The notes under the pieces: model-generated | Database searches by the model: none | Told to the model about the DNA's origin: nothing | Seen by the model: only the letters and a program-made list of their open reading frames with translations | DNA from: Thermoanaerobaculia bacterium | Lineage (GTDB): Bacteria > Acidobacteriota > Thermoanaerobaculia > UBA5066 | Length of the DNA stretch: 64,000 bases | Assembly: GCA_038245905.1 (NCBI GenBank) | Contig: JBBRRY010000018.1 | Span: 10,757-74,756, forward strand | Direction: 5' to 3' | Translations under genes and position numbers: made by a program | In this document: piece after piece, positions 50,842-60,112 of the stretch | How the letters are laid out: each line of letters begins with the position of its first letter | Numbering within the stretch: position 1 is the first letter of the stretch

Positions 50842-51714
50842 TCAGAGCCCCTCCAGGAACTCCCGCGCGACCTCCGCCACTCTCCGGTGCTTGCCCGCGA
50901 CCTCGTAGTTCAGCTTCCGCATCGCGGGGCTCGTGATCTTTCCCGCCAGCTCCTCGAGCGCCGTGCGAATCCGGGGATCGTGCGCGAGGCACTCCTCGCG
51001 CACCACGAACGCGGCTTCGTACGGCGGGAAGTAAGAGAGATCGTCGTCGAGCGCGACGACGTCCATCGCCGACAGCTGGCCGTCCGTGGAGTTCGCGGCC
51101 ACCATGTCGACGTCCCTGTGCTGGAGCGCCTCGTAAAGGAGGCCGAGGTCCATCGTCCTCGGCGTTCCCCTGAGCGGAAGGCCGTACGTCTTCTGCAGCC
51201 CCGCGAGGCCGTCGGGCCGCTGGAGGAATTCGTAGCCGACGCCGAGCGCCCACGGCTCCTTCCGCTTCGCCGCCTGGCTCAGCGTCTTGATCCCGCCGGC
51301 TCGCGCGTCCGCGCCGCGGATCACCATCGCGAACGTGTCGTCGAAGCCGAGGGGGCTCATCCACGAAAGCTTCCACCGCGTGCGGTACGCCTCCGCGACC
51401 GTCCGCGCCACGGCCTTCCGGTCGGACGAGAGGGGCAGCTTCAGCACCGCCGAGAGCGCGGTGCCGGTGTACTCGGGATAGAGGTCGATCTGCCCGGCCA
51501 CCAGCGCGGCGTGCGCGACGAGCGTTCCGCCGAGGTCCAGCTTCCGCGTCACCTTCGCTCCGAGCCGCCGCTCGAGCTGCTGCGCCGCGATCTCGCCGAG
51601 GAGCGACTGCTCCGTGAAATTCTTCGAGGCTACGACGAGCGTTGGTGGACGCGCGCAGCCGGCCGCGAGAGCCGCCGCGAGCGTCAGGCCGGCGAGAAAC
51701 GTCGCTCGAGCCAT
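50842..51714 (-). CDS. Osmoprotectant ABC substrate-binding lipoprotein
   Basis: AAGC lipobox, SKNFTEQ, YPEYTGT, FPPY. Confidence 0.92.
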   Translation of the reverse strand: MARATFLAGLTLAAALAAGCARPPTLVVASKNFTEQSLLGEIAAQQLERRLGAKVTRKLDLGGTLVAHAALVAGQIDLYPEYTGTALSAVLKLPLSSDRKAVARTVAEAYRTRWKLSWMSPLGFDDTFAMVIRGADARAGGIKTLSQAAKRKEPWALGVGYEFLQRPDGLAGLQKTYGLPLRGTPRTMDLGLLYEALQHRDVDMVAANSTDGQLSAMDVVALDDDLSYFPPYEAAFVVREECLAHDPRIRTALEELAGKITSPAMRKLNYEVAGKHRRVAEVAREFLEGL

Positions 51715-52301
51715 CCGAGCCCTCCATCCACGACAAGCGCGAGAAGCGCGGCCGGCACGGCGCCGGACAGGATCAGGTCGACGTCCACCGAGGCAAGCCC
51801 GCGGAAGATGAAGACGCCGAGGCCGCCTCCGCCGATCGCCGCGGCGATCGTGGCCGTGCCCACCGTCGTCACCGCGGCCACGCGCACACCCGCGAGAATC
51901 GTCCGCGCCGCGAGCGGCAGCTCGACGCGCACAAGGCGCTGGCGGGGCGTCATCCCCATCGCCACGGCCGACTCCACGACCGCGGGATCGACGCCGAGAA
52001 GTCCCGTCAGCGTGTTTCGGAGGATCGGCAGGAGCGCATAGAGGACGAGCGCCACGATCGCGGTGCGCTTGCCGATGCCGCCGATGAAGGGGAGCGGGAT
52101 CAGGAGCCCGAAAAGCGCGAGGCTCGGCACCGTCTGCAGCACGTTCGCGAAGCCCAGCACCCACGCGCGCCACGCCGCCTTGCGGCTCAGCCAGATGCCG
52201 AGCGGGATCCCGATGAGCGAGGCGATCGAGAGCGCGACGAAGACGAGGACGACGTGCTCGACGGTGAGGTCCAGGATCTCGCGCGCGAGGCTGCCCGGCA
52301 T
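51684..52301 (-). CDS. Osmoprotectant ABC permease
   Basis: QTVPSLAL, LLPILRNT, AMGMT..VELPLA, GGGGLG. Confidence 0.92.
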   Translation of the reverse strand: MPGSLAREILDLTVEHVVLVFVALSIASLIGIPLGIWLSRKAAWRAWVLGFANVLQTVPSLALFGLLIPLPFIGGIGKRTAIVALVLYALLPILRNTLTGLLGVDPAVVESAVAMGMTPRQRLVRVELPLAARTILAGVRVAAVTTVGTATIAAAIGGGGLGVFIFRGLASVDVDLILSGAVPAALLALVVDGGLGWLERRFSPA

Positions 52302-53053
52302 CAGCTTTCCAGCTTCCAGTCGAGGCCGGCGAGAAACGTCCGGACCTCGGGGCTCGCGGCGCCCCCTGCGGTGAGAAATTCCTTCGGCGGCGCGAGCGCC
52401 TCGAGGCGGCCATCGTGCAGGAGCGCGACCCGCGTCGCGAGGCCGAGCGCCTCACGCACGTCGTGCGTCACGAAGAGGGAGGTCTTCTTCCACGTCTTCC
52501 GAAGGTGGACGAACTGGCGTTGCAGCTCGAGGCGCGTGATCGGGTCGAGGGCGCCGAATGGCTCGTCGAGGAGAAGGATCATCGGGTCGGCCGCGAGCGC
52601 GCGCGCTACGCCCACGCGCTGGCGCTGCCCGCCGGAGAGCTGCCTGGGCATCCGCGTCCGGAACTCCGCCGGCGACAGGTCCATCCGCGAGAGCAACTCG
52701 TCCACCCGCGTCTCGACGCGCGCCTTCTCCCAGCCCTCGAGCTCGGGCACGAGCGCGACGTTCTGGGCGACCGTGAAGTGCGGGAAGAGCCCTGCCTCCT
52801 GAAGCACGTACCCGATGCCTCGGCGAAGCCGGATGACATCCCACTCGCGCGTCGACTTTCCGTCGACGTAGACCTCTCCCGACGTCGGAAAGAGAAGCGC
52901 GTTCACCATCCGGAGGGCGGTCGTCTTGCCCGAGCCGCTCCGGCCGAGCAGCACGAACGTCTCTCCCGCCGCGATCTCGAAGTTCAGATGGCGGAGGACC
53001 TCTTTCCCCTGCACGTCGTACGAGACGTCCCGAAAGGCGATCGCGGGGGGCAT
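52301..53053 (-). CDS. Osmoprotectant ABC ATPase
   Basis: GRSGSGKT, LSGGQRQR, LLDEPFGALDP. Confidence 0.93.
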   Translation of the reverse strand: MPPAIAFRDVSYDVQGKEVLRHLNFEIAAGETFVLLGRSGSGKTTALRMVNALLFPTSGEVYVDGKSTREWDVIRLRRGIGYVLQEAGLFPHFTVAQNVALVPELEGWEKARVETRVDELLSRMDLSPAEFRTRMPRQLSGGQRQRVGVARALAADPMILLLDEPFGALDPITRLELQRQFVHLRKTWKKTSLFVTHDVREALGLATRVALLHDGRLEALAPPKEFLTAGGAASPEVRTFLAGLDWKLES

Positions 53054-53108
53054 CGGGAAAAGTATAGGGCGGGCGTGATTCGGAAGAAGGTCTCTGGCCG
53101 CTCGTGCC

Positions 53109-55724
53109 TCAGCGGTAGTACCCGACCACGTCGAGGATCAGGTGGACGGTGCCCGGGGCGTCGTTCGTGACCCCCGCGCTTCCGTCGAGCGCGAGCTTGA
53201 CCTGCGCGTTGTTCGCCCGCGTCGCGCCCTGAGCGAACGAGAGCGTCGTCGCCGTCGTAGGCACGCTGTCGCCGGGATAGAACCGCAGCGTTCCCGCGGC
53301 CTGCGTCTGTGTGACCGTGACGTTCAGTGCCAGCGCCATCGCGCCCGCGGGCACGCCGCAGGTGCCGGTCAGTGTGAACAGGCGCTGTCCGAAAGCCGGA
53401 AGCGCCGGCCCTCCGAGCGCCCCGGACCCATTGCGCGTGTCGACGAGGCGGCATGGCGGCACGGTATAGAAGAGCGACGCGACCGGCACCGACGCCGGGT
53501 TCAAAACGTCGCGGTAGAAGCGCACGGCCTGCCGCAGCGCCTCGGGCGGGTTCACGGGCTGCGGGCTCCCGGCCTGATCGCGGCTCGAGAGGCCGTGGCA
53601 CGACGTGCAGACGCGGATCTCGCCCGGCTGGAACGTCAGCCAGTAGCGCTCGCGCACGACGGGCGTCCCGGCTGTGTCGCTCATCTGCCACGTGACGGCG
53701 CGCCGCGCGGGCACGAACGCCGCCATCGAGCCGTCGTTCCCGAGGCGGACGCTGCCGGGCGGGCCGCCGGGGTTCGGAGGGTTCGTGGCGATCACCGTGG
53801 GCTCGTGCATCACCTGCGCGAGGACGCGGCGGCCAGCCTTCGGGCTCGTCGTGCCGCCGATGCCGCGGATCTGGTCCGCCTGGAAGAGCTGGAGGTGCGC
53901 CACCGCGTAGAGCTTCCCGCCCGTGGGCGCGGTCTGATGCGAGCTCCCGGCGATCTTGAGGTTGAACGGCTGCTGCTTGTCGAGGGCGTCGCGCGTCGTG
54001 ACGTCACGGCTCACGATCACGGCGAGGTTCCGTTGCACGAGCCACGCCTTGAACGCCACCGGGTCGACGCTCTCCTGCGTGAAGATCGACGCCTCCGGCG
54101 CGGGCAGCGGCGACGGCGCGGCGACTGGCTTCGGACGGGACTTCACCTCCACCGGGTCCAGCTCCCACAGCGTCACGTTCGTGTACGTCACGCGGACGTC
54201 CGGGTCCCAGTACGAGACACTCTTCAAGATGCCCGTCGTGAGCGTCTGGTCCGCGGTAAGGAAGCCGCCCAACGGCATCAGCGACCTGATCCGGAACGAG
54301 TAGCGCGACAAGGGGTTCGAGCGGTCACCCTCGTTCCGGTCCGCGCGCGTCTCACTCGTGTGGACGGCAAGGAGCGACCCGTCCGACAGCGGCAGCGGAT
54401 TGCGGTAGAAGCCCGAGTGCCCCGGCGGCACGGGATCGGTGTCGAGGCGCGGGGTCGACGTCGCACGGTTCGTCACGTAGACGACCCCGATCTGGTCCGG
54501 ATGCGCGCCGACGGGTAGGTCCATCCGTACGATCTGCCCGCCCGCGTGCGTCTGAAACTCCGGCGCGTCGATCCCGAAGTAGCGGCCGGGCGTCGTCGGG
54601 TCTTCCTTGATCTCGAGGAAGTTCTGGATGCCGTTCGTGTTGACGCGGCCCGAGGCGGCCGAGATGAATTCCACGACGTTGGTGTCGTCGTTGAAGACCT
54701 GGGCGAAATAGTCGTGCAGCTCGTGCCGCCCGATGTGGTTCAGCGTCTCTTCCTCCGTGCCGTCCTCGCGGATCTGCCAGGGGAAGAAGTGGTTCAGCGA
54801 ATGCCCCACGAGGTTCGTCCCCACGAGGAGGTCCGCCCGCGCGGAGCGCGGCTCGGGAAAGACCTCGGCCCGCGTCGCGAGGCGCGCGGCCCCCGCCGAT
54901 TCGTCGGCGAAGTTGAACGTGCCGTACGGGCTCGACTGGGTGAAGGACCCCGCGGGGCCGTCGCCGTCCGCCTGCTGGTCGCGCTGCAGGTGATCCCACC
55001 GCGTGAAGACGACGCGCCCGAAGGAGTCGAGCGTCGGCGAGAAGACGCCGCTCGGCGAATGGTTCAGCATCCGAAGGTCGCCCGTCGCCGGGTTCAGGCT
55101 CCAGAGCCCCGTCACCGTCGGGGCTTCCTCGTACTCGTCGAGCTGCGGGTAGAGATGCTCCGCGCCGTTCCGCGGCCGGTCCGACGTGAAGAGGATCCGC
55201 TCGTCCGTCCCGTAGAACGGCGAGACGTTGTTGAAACCCGCCGGCTGGTTCGGCACCTTCGTGATCACGACGGTGTCGGCGATGCCGAGCCCCGTCACCT
55301 CGTAGAGCTGCCAAAAATAGTTCGCCTGAACGTATTGGACGGTCGGCGCGCCGATCACCATCGAGAAGATGGCCTTCGTCCCCGTCCAGTGAACCGACGG
55401 CTCGCGCACCGCGATGCCGAAGCCGTCCTGCGAGCCCGCCTGCCCGTAGCCCGCGAGCTGCGTCAGGTTCCTGCGCGTGCCGTTCGGAAACTGGATCCAC
55501 AGGTCCCCGCCCCGCGGCACCTGCTCGAGCCCGCCCGACGCGTTCCCGAAGACCGACGCCACGGTCGTGAAGTCGCCCGGCACGGGCACCTGCGTGACGA
55601 AGAGGATCGGATTCTGGATCGCGACCGCGAGAGGGGAGCGCGGCGCACGCTTCGCGCCCAGCAGCGCGACGGAAGCTGCAACGACGCCGACAAGGATCCC
55701 GACTCGTGAGAAGCGACTGCGCAT
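53109..55724 (-). CDS. Secreted beta-propeller/heme protein with hydrazine synthase alpha-like middle domain and C-terminal surface domain
   Basis: Signal peptide; DGSMAAFVPARRAVTWQ..QPGEIRVCTSCH; PCRLVDTR..LILDVVGYY tail. Confidence 0.75.
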   Translation of the reverse strand: MRSRFSRVGILVGVVAASVALLGAKRAPRSPLAVAIQNPILFVTQVPVPGDFTTVASVFGNASGGLEQVPRGGDLWIQFPNGTRRNLTQLAGYGQAGSQDGFGIAVREPSVHWTGTKAIFSMVIGAPTVQYVQANYFWQLYEVTGLGIADTVVITKVPNQPAGFNNVSPFYGTDERILFTSDRPRNGAEHLYPQLDEYEEAPTVTGLWSLNPATGDLRMLNHSPSGVFSPTLDSFGRVVFTRWDHLQRDQQADGDGPAGSFTQSSPYGTFNFADESAGAARLATRAEVFPEPRSARADLLVGTNLVGHSLNHFFPWQIREDGTEEETLNHIGRHELHDYFAQVFNDDTNVVEFISAASGRVNTNGIQNFLEIKEDPTTPGRYFGIDAPEFQTHAGGQIVRMDLPVGAHPDQIGVVYVTNRATSTPRLDTDPVPPGHSGFYRNPLPLSDGSLLAVHTSETRADRNEGDRSNPLSRYSFRIRSLMPLGGFLTADQTLTTGILKSVSYWDPDVRVTYTNVTLWELDPVEVKSRPKPVAAPSPLPAPEASIFTQESVDPVAFKAWLVQRNLAVIVSRDVTTRDALDKQQPFNLKIAGSSHQTAPTGGKLYAVAHLQLFQADQIRGIGGTTSPKAGRRVLAQVMHEPTVIATNPPNPGGPPGSVRLGNDGSMAAFVPARRAVTWQMSDTAGTPVVRERYWLTFQPGEIRVCTSCHGLSSRDQAGSPQPVNPPEALRQAVRFYRDVLNPASVPVASLFYTVPPCRLVDTRNGSGALGGPALPAFGQRLFTLTGTCGVPAGAMALALNVTVTQTQAAGTLRFYPGDSVPTTATTLSFAQGATRANNAQVKLALDGSAGVTNDAPGTVHLILDVVGYYR

Positions 55725-55895
55725 TCGAGGAGACTCCAGGATGAACGACGCTTGTTCCGGAGGGATTATTGATCCTGAGCGGAGGGGAGTAATCGGTCAG
55801 GTGACGGGAATCACGGAAGGAAGAGCCTGATTCCGCGCAGCGCGCTGTGACGACAACCACTGAAGCGACGCCCTCTCCGGTGAGAGAATCCCGTC

Positions 55896-56414
55896 ATGCA
55901 GAAGCATCGCCTGTCCGTGCTGGCGCCTCTCGCGGCCGCTTGTGTTCTCGCAGCGCCCGCGTCCGCGGCGGAGATATCGCCGAAGCAGCTCGAGCACGAG
56001 ACGAAAGTCCGTGCCGCGTTTTCTCCAGCCCAGAAGGCGCATGTCAGCGTTCTCGAGGCGCGCCTCACGACGAAGATGACGGTTCACGACGTGATCGCGA
56101 TGTCGCAGGGCGATCCGGCGGACAGCGTTTTTGCGGTCATGATGACCTACCAGAAGATGCTCAACAAGGAGAGCCGCAAGGACAGGCAGCAGATGAGACT
56201 CGATGCTCGGTTATCCCTCGAAGCCAAGGCCGAGAAATTGAAGCAGGACAACGAGCGGATCGATCAGATGATGAAGGAGGCCGCGGCCAAGGCCGACAGC
56301 CTCATGAACGCCGCGAACTCCGCGCTCGTAACCGGCGTTGCGGCCGGTGCGATTCAGGTCTCCGGCGCGACGCGCTTGGTACCCACCTCAACGCCAACTC
56401 CCCGCCCGCGATAG
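55896..56414 (+). CDS. Secreted coiled-coil hypothetical protein (T3SS translocator-like core)
   Basis: Sec signal ending ASA; helical coiled coil then a Gly/Ala-rich hydrophobic segment. Confidence 0.6.
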   Translation: MQKHRLSVLAPLAAACVLAAPASAAEISPKQLEHETKVRAAFSPAQKAHVSVLEARLTTKMTVHDVIAMSQGDPADSVFAVMMTYQKMLNKESRKDRQQMRLDARLSLEAKAEKLKQDNERIDQMMKEAAAKADSLMNAANSALVTGVAAGAIQVSGATRLVPTSTPTPRPR

Positions 56415-56431
56415 GGGCCGGGAGGACGTCC

Positions 56432-57316
56432 CTACTTCTCCGCTTCCCCGCACGCCCAAATGAACGATTGAACGTCGATCATGTCGGCCGGCTCCAGGTG
56501 TGACAGCCGCTTCTTGAGGTCCTCGGCGAAGTCGAGAGTGCGCCTGTATGTAGGCCAATTCACCTCAGGCCTGTATGCGATGTCGAAACCGCAACGATCC
56601 GAGGCCGCCAACGTCACCATCGGCTTCACGAAGATGAATCTCTCCGGAAAGCGAAGGAAGAGGTAATAGGACGCCGTCGTCCATTTCGACGCACCGATCT
56701 CACTCAGCACGGCGGCAAAACCTTCGAACCTTCCGCTCAAGTCACCCGGGCCGTAGAGGAGCGCCCACAAGGACCGGGCGAAGGAGCCCGTGGCGCTCGC
56801 GTCCTGCAGCCCGTCCTTCAGGTCCATCTTCTCGTTCGGAAACACGAGGTTCGTGGCATTCAAGATCTTCACCGCGCGATCAGCGACCTCGCGCTCCTCG
56901 CCGCGCGCGAGGAGCGCGGCTACGGCTCGCTCGCCCAGAAGCTTTCCGCAAAGGCGGCTCGCTTCGTCCTTGTAGTTCCGCTCCTGCTCGATGTATTCCG
57001 GGTCGCGAAAACCCCTCGGGAACCGCCTCAGGAAGGCGGCGACCATTGAATCGAAGTCCCGGACGGCCTGGCGCGTTCGCCTCTTGCCCCCGGCCGGCAG
57101 GTCGAGAAAAGAGTTCCGCGCCTCCTCTCCCTCCACGCGCGTCAGAACGGCGTGCTTGAGGGAGAGCTTCCTTTCGCCCGCGTGATGGAAGAGAACCTGG
57201 ACGCTATCGCCCGCCACCGACAGGACTCGCCCGAGTCCCCATGCCGGCATTCGCGGATTTCGAACTCGGTCGCCCAGAATTGGTTTCCAGTCTTTCATGT
57301 CCGCGTTCACAGTCAT
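56432..57316 (-). CDS. DUF3553 (Tudor-like) domain protein
   Basis: GDRVRNP..WGLGRV..F..AGERKL; C-terminal FVKP..DMIDVQSFIW. Confidence 0.7.
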   Translation of the reverse strand: MTVNADMKDWKPILGDRVRNPRMPAWGLGRVLSVAGDSVQVLFHHAGERKLSLKHAVLTRVEGEEARNSFLDLPAGGKRRTRQAVRDFDSMVAAFLRRFPRGFRDPEYIEQERNYKDEASRLCGKLLGERAVAALLARGEEREVADRAVKILNATNLVFPNEKMDLKDGLQDASATGSFARSLWALLYGPGDLSGRFEGFAAVLSEIGASKWTTASYYLFLRFPERFIFVKPMVTLAASDRCGFDIAYRPEVNWPTYRRTLDFAEDLKKRLSHLEPADMIDVQSFIWACGEAEK

Positions 57317-57350
57317 TCGTGAGCCTCTTGCAGCTTATCCGCGGCCCGCT

Positions 57351-57380
57351 TATTTAAGGTAAACTCGGTTGCCTTAAATA
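57351..57380. promoter_or_regulatory. AT-rich inverted repeat, probable operator
   Basis: TATTTAAGG-N12-CCTTAAATA between the divergent DUF3553 and fic genes. Confidence 0.5.
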
Positions 57381-57425
57381 GCTGCCGTCGTAAGGCAAGG
57401 CCCTTAACTAGCGGAGGCGTGGAGT

Positions 57426-58592
57426 ATGCGACGTGAATCGACAGGTCAGTTCGTCGTCGTCTCGAGAGCCGGCGGCGAGATCGTGCGGGCATTCGTGCCC
57501 CGGCCGCTTCCGCCGCGCCCGCCCTTGGCTCCCGATGCGCACCTCATGGAGGCACTCGATCGCGCCCACATTGCGCTCGGCCGCCTCGACTCGGTCACGA
57601 CCCTGCTGCCCGACACCCATCTCTTCCTCTACACCTATGTGAGGAAAGAGGCGGTCCTGTCGTCGCAGATCGAAGGCACCCAGTCGTCGCTTTCGGATCT
57701 CCTTCTCTTCGAGCTCGACGAGCTTCCCGGGGTCCCGATCGAAGACGTCTCTGAAGTCTCACGTTACGTCGCCGCTCTCGAGCACGGTCTGAAAAGGATC
57801 CGCGGCGGCTTTCCGCTGTCGAACCGCCTCCTCAGGGAGATGCACGGGATCCTTCTTTCCAAGGGCCGTGGCGCGGAAAAAACGCCCGGCGAATTTCGGC
57901 GTTCGCAGAACTGGATCGGCGGGACGCGCCCCGGGAACGCGCACTTCGTGCCGCCGCCCGCCGACCGTGTAGAAGACGAGATGGCCGCGCTCGAGAGATT
58001 CCTCCATGACCAGCCCGGGCGGACATCGCCGCTCGTGAAGGCGGCACTCGCGCACGTGCAGTTCGAAACGATCCATCCCTTCCTCGACGGAAACGGGCGG
58101 CTGGGTCGACTTCTCATCACGCTCGTTCTCTGCGCCGAAGGAGTCCTCCACGAGCCCCTCCTGTACCTGAGCCTCTACCTGAAGGGCCACCGGAGGTCCT
58201 ACTACGATCATCTGACGGCAGTTCGGAAGGACGGCGACTGGGAGCGGTGGCTGCAGTTCTTCGCGGAGGCCGTCGAGGCGACCGCTGCCGGCGCGGTGGA
58301 GACCGCGCGGACCCTTGGAAAGCTCTTCGCCGACGACCGTGCGCACATCGTCGCGCTCGGTCGCGGCGCCGACTCGGTCCTGCGACTTCACGCCGAGCTG
58401 CAACGCCGCCCGGTCGCCACCGCCACGGCGCTCTGCCGCTCCACGAAGCTCTCGGCGCCTACCGTGGGAAAAGCTCTCCGAGAGCTCACTCGCCTGGACG
58501 TCGTCCGCGAGACCACGGGCAGGAAGCGCGGCCGGGTCTTCGTCTACAGCCGCTATCTCGATCTGCTCAACAAGGGGACCGAAATCCCATAG
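57426..58592 (+). CDS. fic: Fic family protein with N-terminal inhibitory motif and C-terminal HTH
   Basis: SSQIEG, HPFLDGNGRLGR. Confidence 0.93.
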   Translation: MRRESTGQFVVVSRAGGEIVRAFVPRPLPPRPPLAPDAHLMEALDRAHIALGRLDSVTTLLPDTHLFLYTYVRKEAVLSSQIEGTQSSLSDLLLFELDELPGVPIEDVSEVSRYVAALEHGLKRIRGGFPLSNRLLREMHGILLSKGRGAEKTPGEFRRSQNWIGGTRPGNAHFVPPPADRVEDEMAALERFLHDQPGRTSPLVKAALAHVQFETIHPFLDGNGRLGRLLITLVLCAEGVLHEPLLYLSLYLKGHRRSYYDHLTAVRKDGDWERWLQFFAEAVEATAAGAVETARTLGKLFADDRAHIVALGRGADSVLRLHAELQRRPVATATALCRSTKLSAPTVGKALRELTRLDVVRETTGRKRGRVFVYSRYLDLLNKGTEIP

Positions 58593-59284
58593 CGCTCACG
58601 GAGCGTCCCCTCTTCCTTCTTAAGTGCCTCGGCGCGTGAGCGCAGCGCATTGCCTCGCGCGGAAACGGCCGCGAGCGCTCCGGCGGCATCGGCCGACTCC
58701 ATTGCCGCCTTCAGCGAACGAAGCACCTCCAGCGCGTCGTCGAGGCTCCCGAGGCTCTCGCGCTGGTGCACGGCGCACGGAGGCGGCGTCGCCACGGCGG
58801 CGAGCTTTGCTTTCGCGGCCTCCGTATCCCGGATCATCCCGTCGAGACCCGACGTGTCCCCGTTCGCGAGCGCGGACGCGATTCCCCCCGCGACGCTTTC
58901 CGCGTCGCCGTTCATCGCCGTCGGCTGGATGCGGTCGATCGCCTCGAAATACGCCGCCACGGCCGCCCGCTCGGTGTCGGACGCCGGGGCCGACAACTGC
59001 TGCTGCGGCGCCGCACCTTGCTCCGTCGCATACGGCGGTGGAGCTCCAGCCAGGCGCACCGGGTTCTCCGTGAACCGGGCTGCGGCGACGGAAGATGCGG
59101 CTGAAGTCGGCGGGGCGCCCGGCGCCTCCGGTCTTCGCGGGGCAACTCGTTCGATTCTCGCCAAAGGCGGCACGCCGCCGGAGCCCGACTCGCGTCCAAT
59201 GACGAACGCCAGCGCGAGAAGCGCCGCGGCCGCCACGGCGACGATGCCGGCCAGGACGCCCCTGTTCACGCTGACCTTTTCCAC
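58553..59284 (-). CDS. Membrane-anchored helical hypothetical protein
   Basis: N-terminal TM, Pro/Ala linker, helical domain; TATCCT-N6-GTG. Confidence 0.6.
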   Translation of the reverse strand: MEKVSVNRGVLAGIVAVAAAALLALAFVIGRESGSGGVPPLARIERVAPRRPEAPGAPPTSAASSVAAARFTENPVRLAGAPPPYATEQGAAPQQQLSAPASDTERAAVAAYFEAIDRIQPTAMNGDAESVAGGIASALANGDTSGLDGMIRDTEAAKAKLAAVATPPPCAVHQRESLGSLDDALEVLRSLKAAMESADAAGALAAVSARGNALRSRAEALKKEEGTLRERYGISVPLLSRSR

Positions 59285-59361
59285 GGTCCGAGGATACCCA
59301 TTCGCCACGAGCTCCGCCGCGTTCGTTCTCGGAGAACGACTCTCCAGCGTAAGCTCTTCCC

Positions 59362-59832
59362 GTGGACTACGAGCTGACCAGGCGCGTGCTCGCGGAGTTC
59401 GAGCGACAGGGAGTTGCATACGTCGTCTTCGGGGCCGTCGCCGTGAACCTCCAAGGTCTCGCGCGCGCCACCGAGGATCTCGACGTCTTCGTCGCGCCCA
59501 CGCGCGAGAACGTGGAGCGGCTCAAATCCGCGCTGCGCGCCGTTTTCTCCGACCCACACATCGACGAGATCAGCGCCGACGACCTTCTCGGCGAATACCC
59601 GGCGGTGCAATACATCCCGCCGCAGGGTGGATTTCACATCGACATTCTCACAAAGCTCGGCGACGCGTTCCGGTACGAAGATCTCGACTCCGAGAAGCTC
59701 GACCTCGGCGGCGTCTCGGTCAACGTGGCCACGCCGGCTACTCTGTACCGGATGAAAAAGGGGACAATCCGGCTGAAGGACCGAGCCGACGCGGAAGCTT
59801 TGCGTCGTCGCTTCCGGCTCCCGGAGGAGTGA
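59362..59832 (+). CDS. Minimal nucleotidyltransferase (DUF6036/AbiEii-like)
   Basis: YVVFGAVA..RATEDLDV, K..R.KDRAD. Confidence 0.82.
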   Translation: MDYELTRRVLAEFERQGVAYVVFGAVAVNLQGLARATEDLDVFVAPTRENVERLKSALRAVFSDPHIDEISADDLLGEYPAVQYIPPQGGFHIDILTKLGDAFRYEDLDSEKLDLGGVSVNVATPATLYRMKKGTIRLKDRADAEALRRRFRLPEE

Positions 59833-60074
59833 TGGGCGTCCGAAAGTTCCGTGACGTCTCCGAGATGGAAGACACGCTCTGGCGCGTGCCGGGCGATCCG
59901 GAGCTTCTGCGCGCGATCGCCTCCACGTGGGCGTTCGCAGACCGGATCCTGCCGCGCCGCTTTCCGCCGGGCGTCTATCACCACCGTTCGATCGAAGAGG
60001 CCAAAGAACTCAAAGAGCGGTGGGGCGATGCCGACTTCAACGCCCTGCAGGAGCGCCGCCGGAAAGCAGGGTGA
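59832..60074 (+). CDS. Small partner of the nucleotidyltransferase (80 aa)
   Basis: TGATG coupling, GGAG RBS; GVRKFRDVSEM / GVYHHRSIEEA internal repeat. Confidence 0.7.
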   Translation: MGVRKFRDVSEMEDTLWRVPGDPELLRAIASTWAFADRILPRRFPPGVYHHRSIEEAKELKERWGDADFNALQERRRKAG

Positions 60075-60112
60075 GCCGGCTCGGCCCCCGAGGCCGCAAC
60101 TACCTGGCACGG

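Noticed and set aside
58553-58592. 40-nt convergent overlap of fic with the membrane protein gene
   Set aside because: Short tail-to-tail overlaps are common and likely reflect a junction, not a function
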